64,000 nt of DNA, from contig OZ252299.1 in the NCBI GenBank assembly GCA_965250285.1, forward strand, positions 5,024,001-5,088,000, written 5' to 3'. Below are positions 21,479 through 31,461 of this stretch, piece by piece. The first letter of the stretch is position 1, and every line of letters begins with the position of its first letter. The position numbers were made by a program, and so were the translations under genes. The notes below the pieces were generated by a model, which was not told the DNA's origin, did not search any database, and was given only the letters and a program-made list of their open reading frames with translations. The DNA is from Myxococcota bacterium. GTDB lineage: Bacteria > Myxococcota_A > UBA9160 > UBA4427.

Positions 21479-22761
21479 GCGCCGGGGCGGCGGGCGAATC
21501 GGGCGTCGACCTCGGAGCACTGCTTCGGGGCGCCGTCGGCGACGCGTACGTCTTCGCGCTCGACCCCCCGGTCGAGCGCGGCGGTGCGCACCTCGAGTGG
21601 CAGGCCGAACCGCCCGACGTCGAGGCGCTTGCACGCCTGCTCGCGGCCCTCGACGCGACGGGCATCGGCGCGCTCGTGGTGGGCGGCGGCACGCGCGTCG
21701 ACGACGGTGCGCCGTGCCCGGATGCCCGGGTGATGCTCTCGACGCGCGGGCTCGCCGGTGTGCTGCAGTTCGAAGAAGAAGAGGGTGTCATCGAAGTGGG
21801 GGCGGGGACGTCGCTGCTCGACGTGCTCGACCACCTGCACGGCACGATGTGGGAGTTGCCGCTCGATGCGCCCGGCGAATCTGCCACGGTCGGCGGCGTG
21901 CTCGCGACCGGCGTCGAAGGGCCGCGACGGGTCGCATACGGTCGGGTGCGCCGTCAGGTGCTGGGTCTCGAGGTCGTGCTCGCCGACGGCACGCGCGCGC
22001 GCTGCGGCGGTCGCGTCGTCAAGAACGTGACGGGCTACGACCTGGCGAAGCTGCACATCGGTGCCCAGGGGACGCTCGGCGTGATCGCATCGGCGTGGCT
22101 GAGGCTGCGGCCGCGGCCGGCTGCCACGTGCACCCTGGCGGCGCGCTTCGATGACCTCGCGCCGGCGTGTGAAGCGGCTCGGCGGGCCGCGCGGCTGCCT
22201 TCCGCCCGGATGGCCACGCTGCTCTCGGGCGATCTCGTCGAGCGCGTCTCGGGTCTCGTCGATCGGAGCGGCGCGTGGGTCCTCGCGATCGAGCTCGCCG
22301 GGAGTGAGGCGTTGTGTGCGCGCGACGCCGCGACCCTTCAGGCCGAAGCCGGCGCTGCCGAGCGCCCCTTCTCGGTCGATGCGGTCGGGGCGGCTTCGCT
22401 CGTACACGGTGGCGAGGTCGTCCATGCCCGCGCCGCGGTGCTGCCGACGCACCTCGAGGCGGCGATCGCCGGGTTCCGCCAGGAGGGGCTCTCGGTGGCG
22501 GCACATCCGGTGCCGGGCGTAGTCGAGCTGGCGCTGCCAGGCGCGCGCAGTGACGAAGCCGCGCACGTGCTCTCGCGCCTCGACGGGGTCGGTCGGAGCT
22601 TCGGTGGGCCGATCGTGTTTCAGCGTCGGGGCAAGGCGTGGCAGGCGCCCGAGTCGGTCGACGACACGACGCGCGCCGAGGCCGAACTCTGGGCGGCGCT
22701 CGAGGCCTCGTTCGATGCGCACGGCATCTTGAATGCGGGTCGCATGGCGGGGGGCGCCTGA
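21475..22761 (+). CDS. glcE: Glycolate oxidase FAD-binding subunit
   Basis: GGRVVKNVTGYDLAKL..GAQGTLG; GTGA overlap with glcD. Confidence 0.85.
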   Translation: MSAGAAGESGVDLGALLRGAVGDAYVFALDPPVERGGAHLEWQAEPPDVEALARLLAALDATGIGALVVGGGTRVDDGAPCPDARVMLSTRGLAGVLQFEEEEGVIEVGAGTSLLDVLDHLHGTMWELPLDAPGESATVGGVLATGVEGPRRVAYGRVRRQVLGLEVVLADGTRARCGGRVVKNVTGYDLAKLHIGAQGTLGVIASAWLRLRPRPAATCTLAARFDDLAPACEAARRAARLPSARMATLLSGDLVERVSGLVDRSGAWVLAIELAGSEALCARDAATLQAEAGAAERPFSVDAVGAASLVHGGEVVHARAAVLPTHLEAAIAGFRQEGLSVAAHPVPGVVELALPGARSDEAAHVLSRLDGVGRSFGGPIVFQRRGKAWQAPESVDDTTRAEAELWAALEASFDAHGILNAGRMAGGA

Positions 22762-24051
22762 GTGTCCTCGCCCCAGGTGAAGCTCGCCGACTTGCTCGAC
22801 GAGAGCGTCTATGGTGGCAGCCTCGACTGCGTGCATTGCGGCCTCTGCCTCAACGTGTGCCCCACCTACCGGCTGACCGGGCGCGAGAACTCGTCGCCGC
22901 GCGGGCGGATCTATCTGATGCGCGGCATCGCCGAAGGCCGGGTCGACGCGGGGCCGACCGTCGCCGAAGAGCTTCACTTCTGCCTCGGGTGCCGTTCGTG
23001 TGAAACCGCATGCCCGTCGGGCGTCGAGTACGGCGCCATGCTCGAACACGCGCGGTCGGCGCTGGTCGAGTCGCGGGCGAGGCGCGGGATCGCTCCGGCC
23101 CTCGAGCGTTGGTGGCTCGCGCGGGTGGTCGCCCGCCCGGCCGTGCGGCGCGCGTTCTTCACGATGCTCCGTCTCGTGCAGGTGCTGAGGCTCGACCGCC
23201 TCGCGATGCCGCTGCTGCCACGCGGCCTCGCGGTGGCCGCTGAATCTGCTCCGCGCGTCCCGGCCGCGCGCTCACGCGTGCCCCTGCCCGAGCGCACGCC
23301 GGCAATGGGAGCGAAACGCGGCACGGTCGTGATGCTCGAAGGCTGCGTCATGCGTGAGATCTTCGGCGACGTGAATCGCGCAACCGTCGACGTACTCGCG
23401 CGCGAAGGCTTCGAGGTGATCGTCCCCGCCGCCCAGGGTTGCTGCGGCGCACTGCACGCGCACGCCGGCGATCTGCCTCGGGCTCGCGCGCTTTCGCGCA
23501 CGAATCTCGCCGCCTGGCGCGATCTCGGCGCCGACTACGTCGTGATGAACTCGGCCGGGTGCGGCGCCGCGGTCCGCGACCTCGAGCACTGGGTCGCCGA
23601 GGGCGAGCTCGAAGCGAGCGAAGTCGAGGCGATGCCGCCCGTACGCGACGTCTGCGAGCTGCTCGACGAGGTCGGTCTCCGGAGCGAGCTCGGTCCGGTC
23701 GAAGCGCGAGTCTGCTACGACGACCCCTGCCACCTCGTGCACGGCCAGGGCGTCGCCGATGCGCCGCGGAGGGTCCTCGAGTCGATCCCGGGCCTCGAGC
23801 TGGTGCCCCACGACGATCCGACGGCCTGCTGCGGCGCGGCCGGGACCTACGGCATCACCCATCGCGATGCGAGCCAGCAGGTGCTCGCGCCGAAGCTCGA
23901 TGCGCTCGAGCGCGCCGAGCCCGACATCGTCGCTTCGGGCAACCCCGGGTGCATGATGCAGATCGAGGCAGGGCTGCGCGCGCGCGGGCGCGCGACCGAC
24001 GTGGTCCATCCCGTCGAGCTGATCGAGAGGGCGACTCGAGGCGCTCGATGA
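22762..24051 (+). CDS. glcF: Glycolate oxidase Fe-S subunit
   Basis: CVHCGLCLNVCPTY, CLGCRSCETACPSGV and two CCG motifs. Confidence 0.9.
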   Translation: MSSPQVKLADLLDESVYGGSLDCVHCGLCLNVCPTYRLTGRENSSPRGRIYLMRGIAEGRVDAGPTVAEELHFCLGCRSCETACPSGVEYGAMLEHARSALVESRARRGIAPALERWWLARVVARPAVRRAFFTMLRLVQVLRLDRLAMPLLPRGLAVAAESAPRVPAARSRVPLPERTPAMGAKRGTVVMLEGCVMREIFGDVNRATVDVLAREGFEVIVPAAQGCCGALHAHAGDLPRARALSRTNLAAWRDLGADYVVMNSAGCGAAVRDLEHWVAEGELEASEVEAMPPVRDVCELLDEVGLRSELGPVEARVCYDDPCHLVHGQGVADAPRRVLESIPGLELVPHDDPTACCGAAGTYGITHRDASQQVLAPKLDALERAEPDIVASGNPGCMMQIEAGLRARGRATDVVHPVELIERATRGAR

Positions 24052-26051
24052 GCGAGCCGCGTTCGGGGACCACCTCTGGGCGCATCCCCTATGTGCCGGC
24101 CCTCGACGGGCTGCGCGCGATCTGCGTGGTCGGCGTGCTCTGCTTCCACGCGGGCTTCGACTGGGCGCGCGGCGGGTACCTCGGCGTATCGACTTTCTTC
24201 ACCCTCTCGGGCTACCTCGTGACGTCGATTCTGTTCGCGGGTCTCGACGCGCAGCGCGCGGCCGGCGTCGTGAAACCCGGCGTGGGGTTCATCGACTTCT
24301 ACGCGCGTCGCGCGCGGCGATTGGTGCCGGCATCGCTGCTCACATTGCTCGCCGTGATGGCGATCGCCCCGTTCTGGCTCCTGCCCGAAGCGCGCGTACG
24401 GCTCGGGGCCGACGTGCTCGCGAGTCTCTTCTACTTCGTCAACTGGCGCTTCATCTTCGGTGACTACGCCTACGCACTGCTCTTCACCAGTCCGTCGATG
24501 CTGCAGCACTACTGGTCGCTCGCGATCGAGGCCCAGCTCTACGTCGTCCTGCCGTTCATCGTCGCGGTGGCCGCGCGCAGTCGGGCGCCCCGTCGCGTCT
24601 TCGGCCTGATCGTCGGGGTGCTCATCGTCGCCGGTACGTGGCTCTGCGTCGTGCTCGGAGCAGACGCCAGCGGGCTCGATCGCGTCTACTACGGCACGGA
24701 TACGCGCGCCCCCGAGCTCCTGATCGGTGCGCTGTTGGCCGTTTCGTTGCCTGCGCGGTCGAACGTCGATGCCTCGACGCATCGCCGGGGTCTCGATCTG
24801 CTCTTCTGGCTCGTCCTCATCGGGATCGGCGTCGCCTTTGCTCGCGTGCCGCTCGAGAGCGAGGCGCTCTACCGAGGCGGCTTCACGCTGTTCGCGGCGT
24901 CGTCGGCGATCCTCATCGTGGGTTGCGTACGCGGCTTCTCGGTTTCGCGCCTGCTCGCCGCGCGGCCGCTCGTCTGGCTCGGCGAGATTTCCTACGGCAT
25001 CTATCTCTTCCATTGGCCCGTTTACCTCGGCGTCGAGGCCTGGCTCGGCGATCCGTCGCCGTGGGTCGTGCTCGGTCTGGGCGGTGGCATCACCGTGGTG
25101 CTCGCGGCGGTGTCCTACGTTTTCATCGAGACGCCGATTCGCAGCGGCCGAGGCCCGCTCGGGCGTCGCCGGGTCACGGTGCTCGCGATCGGTGGTGCTG
25201 CGTTGGTCGGGCTCATGACGGCGACGCTGCCGATGGGCGCCGTGCTGCGCGATCTCAGACCCGGCGAGGGTCCGGCGCAGTGGACGGGAGACGATCGAGA
25301 CCCACCTCGCCTCGCCGTATTCGGCGACTCGGTGGCGCTCACGTTCTCGAAGGCGCTCAATCACTGGCTGGGCCAGCGGGGTCAGGTGCGCTGGGTACTG
25401 GGCCTGGCGCCTCCGGGCTGCGGCCTGCTGATGCCCGACTTCATCCGTGAGGTGGTCGAGCGCGGAGGCAACGGAGGCCGGTGGACGCGGGCGCGCAGGG
25501 ACGGCTTCGGAACCCGGCGTGTATGTCTCGAGGTGCCGGAGACGATCGACGAGCGGCTGCGAAGTCAGCAGCCCGACCTGGCGGTATCGGTTGCGAGCAT
25601 GTGGGATCTCATCGGTCTGCCGGTGTCGAGAATGGGGGGGCCGGCCCGGGTCGGGACCCCCGAGATCGATGCGCGGCTCAGTCGATTGATGGACGAGCGG
25701 GTGGCGCTCCTCTCGAGCCAGGACGCCGATGTCGTCTGGTTCACGATGCCGCCCTTTCAAAGGAACGACGATCATCCGATGTCGCAGGCCGAGATCGATC
25801 GCGCGCGTGAGCGCTACAACGAGCTGGTGTGGGAGATGGCCGAGCGGCACGCCGGTCGGGTCCAGGTGCTCGACTTCGCCGCGGTCTTCGAAGCATGGCC
25901 GGGCGGCGCGGACGACCCGGCGCTGCGCGAGGACGGCATCCACTTCACGAGCGAAGGAGGTCTCATGCTGCTCGACCGGGGGCTCGGTGAGCAGCTCGAG
26001 CGCATGGCGCGCGAGGCCCAGCGACGACGCGATTCGGTGGAGCGCCCTTAG
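24048..26051 (+). CDS. Acyltransferase-3 family O-acetyltransferase with C-terminal SGNH domain (OafA/OatA-like)
   Basis: LDGLRA, FFTLSGYLVT, HYWSLAIEAQ, YYGTDTR; SGNH motifs GDS and DGIH. Confidence 0.9.
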   Translation: MSEPRSGTTSGRIPYVPALDGLRAICVVGVLCFHAGFDWARGGYLGVSTFFTLSGYLVTSILFAGLDAQRAAGVVKPGVGFIDFYARRARRLVPASLLTLLAVMAIAPFWLLPEARVRLGADVLASLFYFVNWRFIFGDYAYALLFTSPSMLQHYWSLAIEAQLYVVLPFIVAVAARSRAPRRVFGLIVGVLIVAGTWLCVVLGADASGLDRVYYGTDTRAPELLIGALLAVSLPARSNVDASTHRRGLDLLFWLVLIGIGVAFARVPLESEALYRGGFTLFAASSAILIVGCVRGFSVSRLLAARPLVWLGEISYGIYLFHWPVYLGVEAWLGDPSPWVVLGLGGGITVVLAAVSYVFIETPIRSGRGPLGRRRVTVLAIGGAALVGLMTATLPMGAVLRDLRPGEGPAQWTGDDRDPPRLAVFGDSVALTFSKALNHWLGQRGQVRWVLGLAPPGCGLLMPDFIREVVERGGNGGRWTRARRDGFGTRRVCLEVPETIDERLRSQQPDLAVSVASMWDLIGLPVSRMGGPARVGTPEIDARLSRLMDERVALLSSQDADVVWFTMPPFQRNDDHPMSQAEIDRARERYNELVWEMAERHAGRVQVLDFAAVFEAWPGGADDPALREDGIHFTSEGGLMLLDRGLGEQLERMAREAQRRRDSVERP

Positions 26052-26086
26052 CCCTTGGTGCGTAGACCGGGCGCCGCGACGCGCGG

Positions 26087-28360
26087 CTACTCGTACATGA
26101 ACGCGTCGGGGGTCTTCTTCGGCGCGCGCCAGCGCGGGAACGCGTTGAGGGACAGATCCGTGAAGCTGCCCTGGAAGACGAGGTCGACGGGCAGCATCGA
26201 TTCGCGACCGCGCACCATCCCGTAGCGCTCGCGCATGCTGCGATACACGTAGGTCGAGTGCGCCGTAGGCCGGTGGTCGGGATCGTCGACGAGGCCGAGA
26301 GCCGCGCGCTCCATGTACTGATCGCGATCTCCGTCCGAGCCCAGCTCTTCATCGGGGTCGATCAGCTGGTTCTGCCGCGCCGTCGTGTCGAGCAGCGCCG
26401 CGGTGCGGCCGATGCGGCGCTCCGAGACTGTGCGGTAGATGTGCTTCGGCGCCGCGTCCTCGTCGCCCGTCTCGTCGATGAGCGCGATCTTGATCTTGCG
26501 GCCGCCGAGGAACGTCACGCCATCGGGGTGCAGCTCGCCGTCTTCGACGCGGTCGTTGAGCAGTGCAGGCCGAAGCCCGAGCCCGCCTTCACCCGCCACG
26601 CGCGGGTTCTCTTCGAAGAAACTCTTGGTGATGCGGATGTTCTGCGCGGTGTGCGCCATCGCCTGCTTTCGAGCGAGCACCCCGGCTTCGCTGCCGGCCT
26701 CGGTGTCGGGGAACTGACGAGCGACCTCACGCAGCATGCGCTGCTGCTCGTCGGGGCGTCGGACGCGGGTGGCGCCCGCGAGTGCCTGCTCGCTGGCATC
26801 CCTCAGCAGCTTGGCGCGGCGCTCGGGGTCGAAGTGCGTGATGAAGTCGGCGTTGCGCAGCGCGGCGACCGCGTTGCCGCGACCGTCCTCGTACTCGACG
26901 AGCCACTCGAGCACTTCGCGCTGGTGCTCGCCGTCGGGCTCCAGGGCGAGATACCGATAGGCGGCGACGGCCGTGGGCTGATCGAAGTCGGGGTGATCGT
27001 TCCACGCGCCGAAGATCAGACGCATCGGCGTGGTCACCACCGTCTGTGCCACGCCGGGGCTCTCGACGAGGTAGGCCACCGGCTTCGGCAGGTTCGGGTA
27101 GCGCGTCCCCTTCGTCCACTCGGCGAACACCCGGTAGCGGACCAGTGCCCAGCTCTGTCTCCGCTTCAGGCGCTTGAACGCGAGGTAGGGATCTTCGCGG
27201 TGGTTCTCGACGATCGCCGCGGCGTGCCGCGACATCGGGTCGACCGAAGGGTCACGCCGCGCGATGTCGTCGAGGCGATCGCGGCCCGCGTCCTCGTAGC
27301 CGCTCTCGATGCGCGCGACGGCCTCGGCGAACTCGAGCTCGGACGCCAGGGGACCGTCGCGGTCGATGCCGAGCGCGCGCAGGTCGCGCACGCGCAGCGG
27401 TCGTCCGCTCGCGGCGAGCAGGGCCGTCGAGAGGCGCGCTGCATCTTCCGAGGCCATGCTGCCGTCGTCGTGGGGATGAGCCTCGAGGCTCGCCGCGTGC
27501 GAGGCCCGCTGGGCGTCGATGCGGTCGCCTGCGTCGGCAACGATCTGGTCGGCCTTGTCGCTCTCGCCGTGCAGCAGCGCCCGCTGAGCCGAAACCTTTG
27601 CCGCGCGGTACAGGCCGGCCTCGTACTGTCGGCTGGCGCTTCGCAGCCGGCGCCGGCGCATCGTGGCGTCGAGCTTCTTCTCGGCACTCTCGATCTGATC
27701 GCGGATCTCGTCGGCGTCCTCGGCGTCGGGATGGTGCGCGAGGTACTCGCGGTGCAGCACGAGCGCCTGTCTGTGCGTCTGCGAGATCGGCTCGTCGTTC
27801 GAGAAGCTCGCGAGGTAGTGGGCGCTGCTCGTCGCGATCGTGAACGGGGCCGTCACCGCGCCGGTCATCAGCGCACGACCCAGGGGCTCGGAGAGCGCGT
27901 TGAACGTCCGCGCCCAGTAGTTTTCCCACGTGTCGAGGCGTCGGCGCTTCGCGAGACGCAGCGAGTCGTTCTTGACGTGTGAATCCAGGCGCGCCTTCAG
28001 CGCATGGTCGACGCCCGGCGCGCCTTTGAGATCCGTCGCGGCCTTGCGGTATGCGATCGGGTCGTCGAGGGTGGCGTTGACCAGATCCTGGCCGAGCGCC
28101 GGCAGGCCCTCGGTCTGGTGGCTGTCTTCGGCGGTCTGCAGCTCGGCCAGCGCCGCGTTCATCGCGGCGTCGTTGCCGGCGAGGGCCGCCTCGGCCAGCC
28201 GGGCCGCCGCCAGATCGGAGGGCTCCGGGCCCCAGCGCGTGGGGCTCGTGAGCGGCACGAGCACGTCGTCGCCGACGGGCCGGGCGCGCGTCTTGCAGCC
28301 CGCGGCGGCTACGACGGTGAGCGCGGCGATCAAGCCCAGATGAAGCCAGCGCATGCTCAT
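26087..28360 (-). CDS. Large hypothetical lipoprotein, mostly helical
   Basis: Signal LIAALTVVAAAG-C; 757-aa ORF overlapping the stop of the upstream gene (ATGA). Confidence 0.8.
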   Translation of the reverse strand: MSMRWLHLGLIAALTVVAAAGCKTRARPVGDDVLVPLTSPTRWGPEPSDLAAARLAEAALAGNDAAMNAALAELQTAEDSHQTEGLPALGQDLVNATLDDPIAYRKAATDLKGAPGVDHALKARLDSHVKNDSLRLAKRRRLDTWENYWARTFNALSEPLGRALMTGAVTAPFTIATSSAHYLASFSNDEPISQTHRQALVLHREYLAHHPDAEDADEIRDQIESAEKKLDATMRRRRLRSASRQYEAGLYRAAKVSAQRALLHGESDKADQIVADAGDRIDAQRASHAASLEAHPHDDGSMASEDAARLSTALLAASGRPLRVRDLRALGIDRDGPLASELEFAEAVARIESGYEDAGRDRLDDIARRDPSVDPMSRHAAAIVENHREDPYLAFKRLKRRQSWALVRYRVFAEWTKGTRYPNLPKPVAYLVESPGVAQTVVTTPMRLIFGAWNDHPDFDQPTAVAAYRYLALEPDGEHQREVLEWLVEYEDGRGNAVAALRNADFITHFDPERRAKLLRDASEQALAGATRVRRPDEQQRMLREVARQFPDTEAGSEAGVLARKQAMAHTAQNIRITKSFFEENPRVAGEGGLGLRPALLNDRVEDGELHPDGVTFLGGRKIKIALIDETGDEDAAPKHIYRTVSERRIGRTAALLDTTARQNQLIDPDEELGSDGDRDQYMERAALGLVDDPDHRPTAHSTYVYRSMRERYGMVRGRESMLPVDLVFQGSFTDLSLNAFPRWRAPKKTPDAFMYE

Positions 28361-29376
28361 TGGGTGAAGCGATCCTGATCGACCTGGAGCGTGAAGGCGA
28401 GGAAGGCCTCGAGTCTGCGCTGCGCTTCGAGCTTCTCGGGCGTGCCGTCCTGACTGGCGACCGCCTGATAGAGCTGAGAGGCGGGGTCGATGATCTCCTG
28501 GAACGTGGCGGGGTCGAACGCGAGGCTCTCGGGCGGCGTCGCCCGCACGTACTCGTGGGCGAGAGTGTCGTAGAACGTCGCGAGCTTGAGGATGTGCTGC
28601 AGGCGATGCTTGCTCGGCTGATGTCGGCTCGCGAGCCGCTGCAGCTCGGAGAGCGCACGCACCTGGCCGTCCGGCAGCACGAAGCGCATCTCGACGAAGT
28701 AGCTCGCGCGGATCTCGTCGACCCGCTCGATCTCTTCCTTCACCACGTACGCGTAGTGCGAATCGGCGACTTCGGGCAGGAGCAGCCCGAGCAGCGCCGA
28801 CCTTTCCTGCAGATCGGCGACCACGTTCTCGGGCTCGGGCGAGCGCAGCTGCTCGTCGGTGCCGGGGTCGAGCGGGTTCGGCAGATCGATGCCGATCTTC
28901 GTCGCCTCGCTGATGCGCTCACAGATGCTCGCGCCCTGCACCGACAGGGTCTGCAGGTCGCCGTCGAATTCGGCGGCGCGACGATAGTGCTCGGCGGCGA
29001 GGTCGTAGGCGCGCAGTCGCTCGAGCGCGCGTCCCTTGGCGAACGCGATCACGGGGTCCATATAACCCGAGCGGATCGCGTCGGCATGCACGCGTTCGAG
29101 GTTCTCGAGTCGAAGCAGCGATGAGCGGTATACGTTGCGGCCGGTGAAGTCGACCGCGGGCGCGAACCGGTACGTGTCGTCGGGGATGTGGCGCCGCAGC
29201 ACGGCGACGACCTCGACGACGCTCTCGGTCGGGCCGTACTCGGTCTCGAGCTTGCGCTTCTTGAAGTTGGTGCAGCCGGGCAGGGCTGCGACGAGAGAGA
29301 GCGCAATGAGGGAAGACGCGACCCGACGCGACCGATTCGATGCCCACGTGGGCAGGCTGCCGATCGCGCGACTCAT
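28357..29376 (-). CDS. Hypothetical lipoprotein with a TPR-like segment
   Basis: Signal LSLVAALPG-C; FAKGRALERLRAYDLAAEHYRRA resembles a TPR. Confidence 0.8.
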   Translation of the reverse strand: MSRAIGSLPTWASNRSRRVASSLIALSLVAALPGCTNFKKRKLETEYGPTESVVEVVAVLRRHIPDDTYRFAPAVDFTGRNVYRSSLLRLENLERVHADAIRSGYMDPVIAFAKGRALERLRAYDLAAEHYRRAAEFDGDLQTLSVQGASICERISEATKIGIDLPNPLDPGTDEQLRSPEPENVVADLQERSALLGLLLPEVADSHYAYVVKEEIERVDEIRASYFVEMRFVLPDGQVRALSELQRLASRHQPSKHRLQHILKLATFYDTLAHEYVRATPPESLAFDPATFQEIIDPASQLYQAVASQDGTPEKLEAQRRLEAFLAFTLQVDQDRFTQ

Positions 29377-29377
29377 C

Positions 29378-31024
29378 TCAGCGGGTCTTCGAGCTCGATG
29401 ATTTGCGCGCGCGCTTCGCCTTCTTGGCGGGCTTCGCGACGCCGCGGCCCTTGCCGTGCGCGCTGGGGGCGATGGCGTTCAGCATCTTCTCAGTGGCGAG
29501 CACGGCGGCGGCCATCTGATCGGAGTCGACGCCGATCGTCGAGAAGGTCTCGGTCTCCTGGCTGGCGGCCTTCTTCGAAGTGGCGTCGGCCACCCATGCG
29601 ATCTGGGTCTCGACGAGCGCGCCGGTGCGACCACCGGGCGGGATCCGCACACGAAAGTCGGCGAGTCGGGGCACTGGCAGCTCGAACACCTTCGCCGCCT
29701 TCTTCACCGCGTTCATGAACGCGTCGTACCCGCCATCGCCCGAGGCTTCGGCCTTCTCGACGGTGCCGCGGTAGGCCAGGCTGACCGAGGCGCGGGGTGC
29801 GCTGTTGCGCGCGGTCTCGACCTGCCAGTCGTCGATGCGGACGATGCTCTCCTTCGGCGTCGCCACGACGTCGGCGATGATGAAGGGCAGATCTTCGGGG
29901 GTCACGGTGTGCTTCTTGTCGCCCAGCTCGATGACGCGGGCGAGCACGGCGTCGCGCTCGGTGTTGCTCAACTCGATGCCGAGCGCCTTGAGGTTGTGAT
30001 CGACGCTGGCCTTGCCCGACAGCTTGCCGAGCGCGTAGCGTCGCGCGCGGCCGAAGCGCGTCGGCGCCAGGCGCGTGCCGTAGAGGTCGCCCTTGGCGTC
30101 GCCGTCGGCGTGAATGCCCGCCGTCTGCGTGAACACGTCCCGCCCGACGATCGGCGTGTTCGCCGCGACGTCCTTGCCGCTGAAGGTCTCCACGAGTTGT
30201 GAGACCGCGGCGAGCCGGCTTTCGTTCACAGCGGTGCGGTGCGGACTGTGGTCGTGGATCGCGGTGACGACCTCACCGAGCGAGCTGTTGCCCGCCCGCT
30301 CACCCATGCCGTTCACGCTGGTGTGGACCCCGCGGGCGCCCACCCTGACGGCCGCGAGACAGTTCGCCGTCGCCAGGCCGTAGTCGTTGTGCCCGTGGTA
30401 CTCGAAGTCGACGTTCGGCCACGTCTCGGTCATGAGGCCGACGTATCGATCGACCTCCACCGGGGAGAACATGCCGAGGGTGTCCGGCAGGTAGATCCGC
30501 GCGACGCGCAGCTCGCGCAGCAGCTGAACCATGGCGAACACGTAGTCGAAGCTGTCGCGCACGCCGCTCGACCAGTCTTCGAGGTAGACGTTGACGGTGA
30601 GCCGCTTGCGCTTCGCGTAGCGGACGGCCTCCTCGACGTCGGCGCGGTGCTCTTCGGGCGTGCGGCCGAGCTGCTCGCGGCAGTGCTTCTCGCTGCCCTT
30701 CGTGAGCAGATTCAGCACCTTGCCGCCGGTCTCGGCGATCCAGTCGACGCTCTTCTTGCCGTCGGTGTAGCCGAGCATCTCGACGCGTTGGATCACGCGA
30801 GCCTTGCGTGCCCACTGCGTGACGAGCTGCGCCGCCTCGCGCTCGCCCTCGCTGACGCGCGTCGAAGCGATCTCGATGCGGTCCACCTCGACGTCGAGGA
30901 GCAGCATGCGAGCGAGCTGCAGCTTCTCGGCCGGCGTGTAGCTGACGTTGGGCGTCTGCTCGCCGTCGCGGAGCGTCGTGTCCATCACCGCGACGTGACG
31001 GGAGGCGGGCGGGTCGGTCGTCAT
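29378..31024 (-). CDS. cimA: (R)-citramalate synthase (LeuA/CimA family)
   Basis: MDTTLRDGEQT, NVYLEDWS, HGHNDYG, GMGERAGN, TQTAGIHADGD, RIPPGGRTGALV (Leptospira/Bacteroidota-type CimA signatures). Confidence 0.85.
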   Translation of the reverse strand: MTTDPPASRHVAVMDTTLRDGEQTPNVSYTPAEKLQLARMLLLDVEVDRIEIASTRVSEGEREAAQLVTQWARKARVIQRVEMLGYTDGKKSVDWIAETGGKVLNLLTKGSEKHCREQLGRTPEEHRADVEEAVRYAKRKRLTVNVYLEDWSSGVRDSFDYVFAMVQLLRELRVARIYLPDTLGMFSPVEVDRYVGLMTETWPNVDFEYHGHNDYGLATANCLAAVRVGARGVHTSVNGMGERAGNSSLGEVVTAIHDHSPHRTAVNESRLAAVSQLVETFSGKDVAANTPIVGRDVFTQTAGIHADGDAKGDLYGTRLAPTRFGRARRYALGKLSGKASVDHNLKALGIELSNTERDAVLARVIELGDKKHTVTPEDLPFIIADVVATPKESIVRIDDWQVETARNSAPRASVSLAYRGTVEKAEASGDGGYDAFMNAVKKAAKVFELPVPRLADFRVRIPPGGRTGALVETQIAWVADATSKKAASQETETFSTIGVDSDQMAAAVLATEKMLNAIAPSAHGKGRGVAKPAKKAKRARKSSSSKTR

Positions 31025-31461
31025 CGAGGGCTCGTCGTCCTTGTCTGGACCGCGTGGCGAGATACCGCGGGGTCTTGCGGGCGCATTCTTCTTTGCGTCG
31101 CACCGGGCTGACCCAGCGTCGCGTGCCCGTTCGGGCGTGCTTCGCGGGGTCGGCGGGCGGTGGTCGGCCGGCTCCGGGGGGTGCCCCCAATCGGCCCTGC
31201 GGTGGCCCGGGGCGGGCTCGCGGGTCGATCTCGGGCGGCGGCAGGGTACCCCGCTGGCTGAGGGGCGTCGACGCCGGGCGCTCGGCTGGAGCCGTGCATC
31301 CCCCCGCCATTCGTCGGGTTTTGGGTCCGTCGGAGCGCTGGGGGCGCCCGCGGGCAGGCGCCGGGCCGCGCCCCGGCGCCCGGCCCCCCCTCGCGCGACG
31401 TGGGTCGCTTGGCCGAAACTGTGCGCCCATCTCGGGTGCGCGTCTGCCCGCTGGAGCCCCG

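Noticed and set aside
31021..31086. Short upstream ORF overlapping the cimA start as an attenuator leader
   Set aside because: MRPQDPAVSRHAVQTRTTSPR is not enriched in Ile/Leu codons and no terminator is evident
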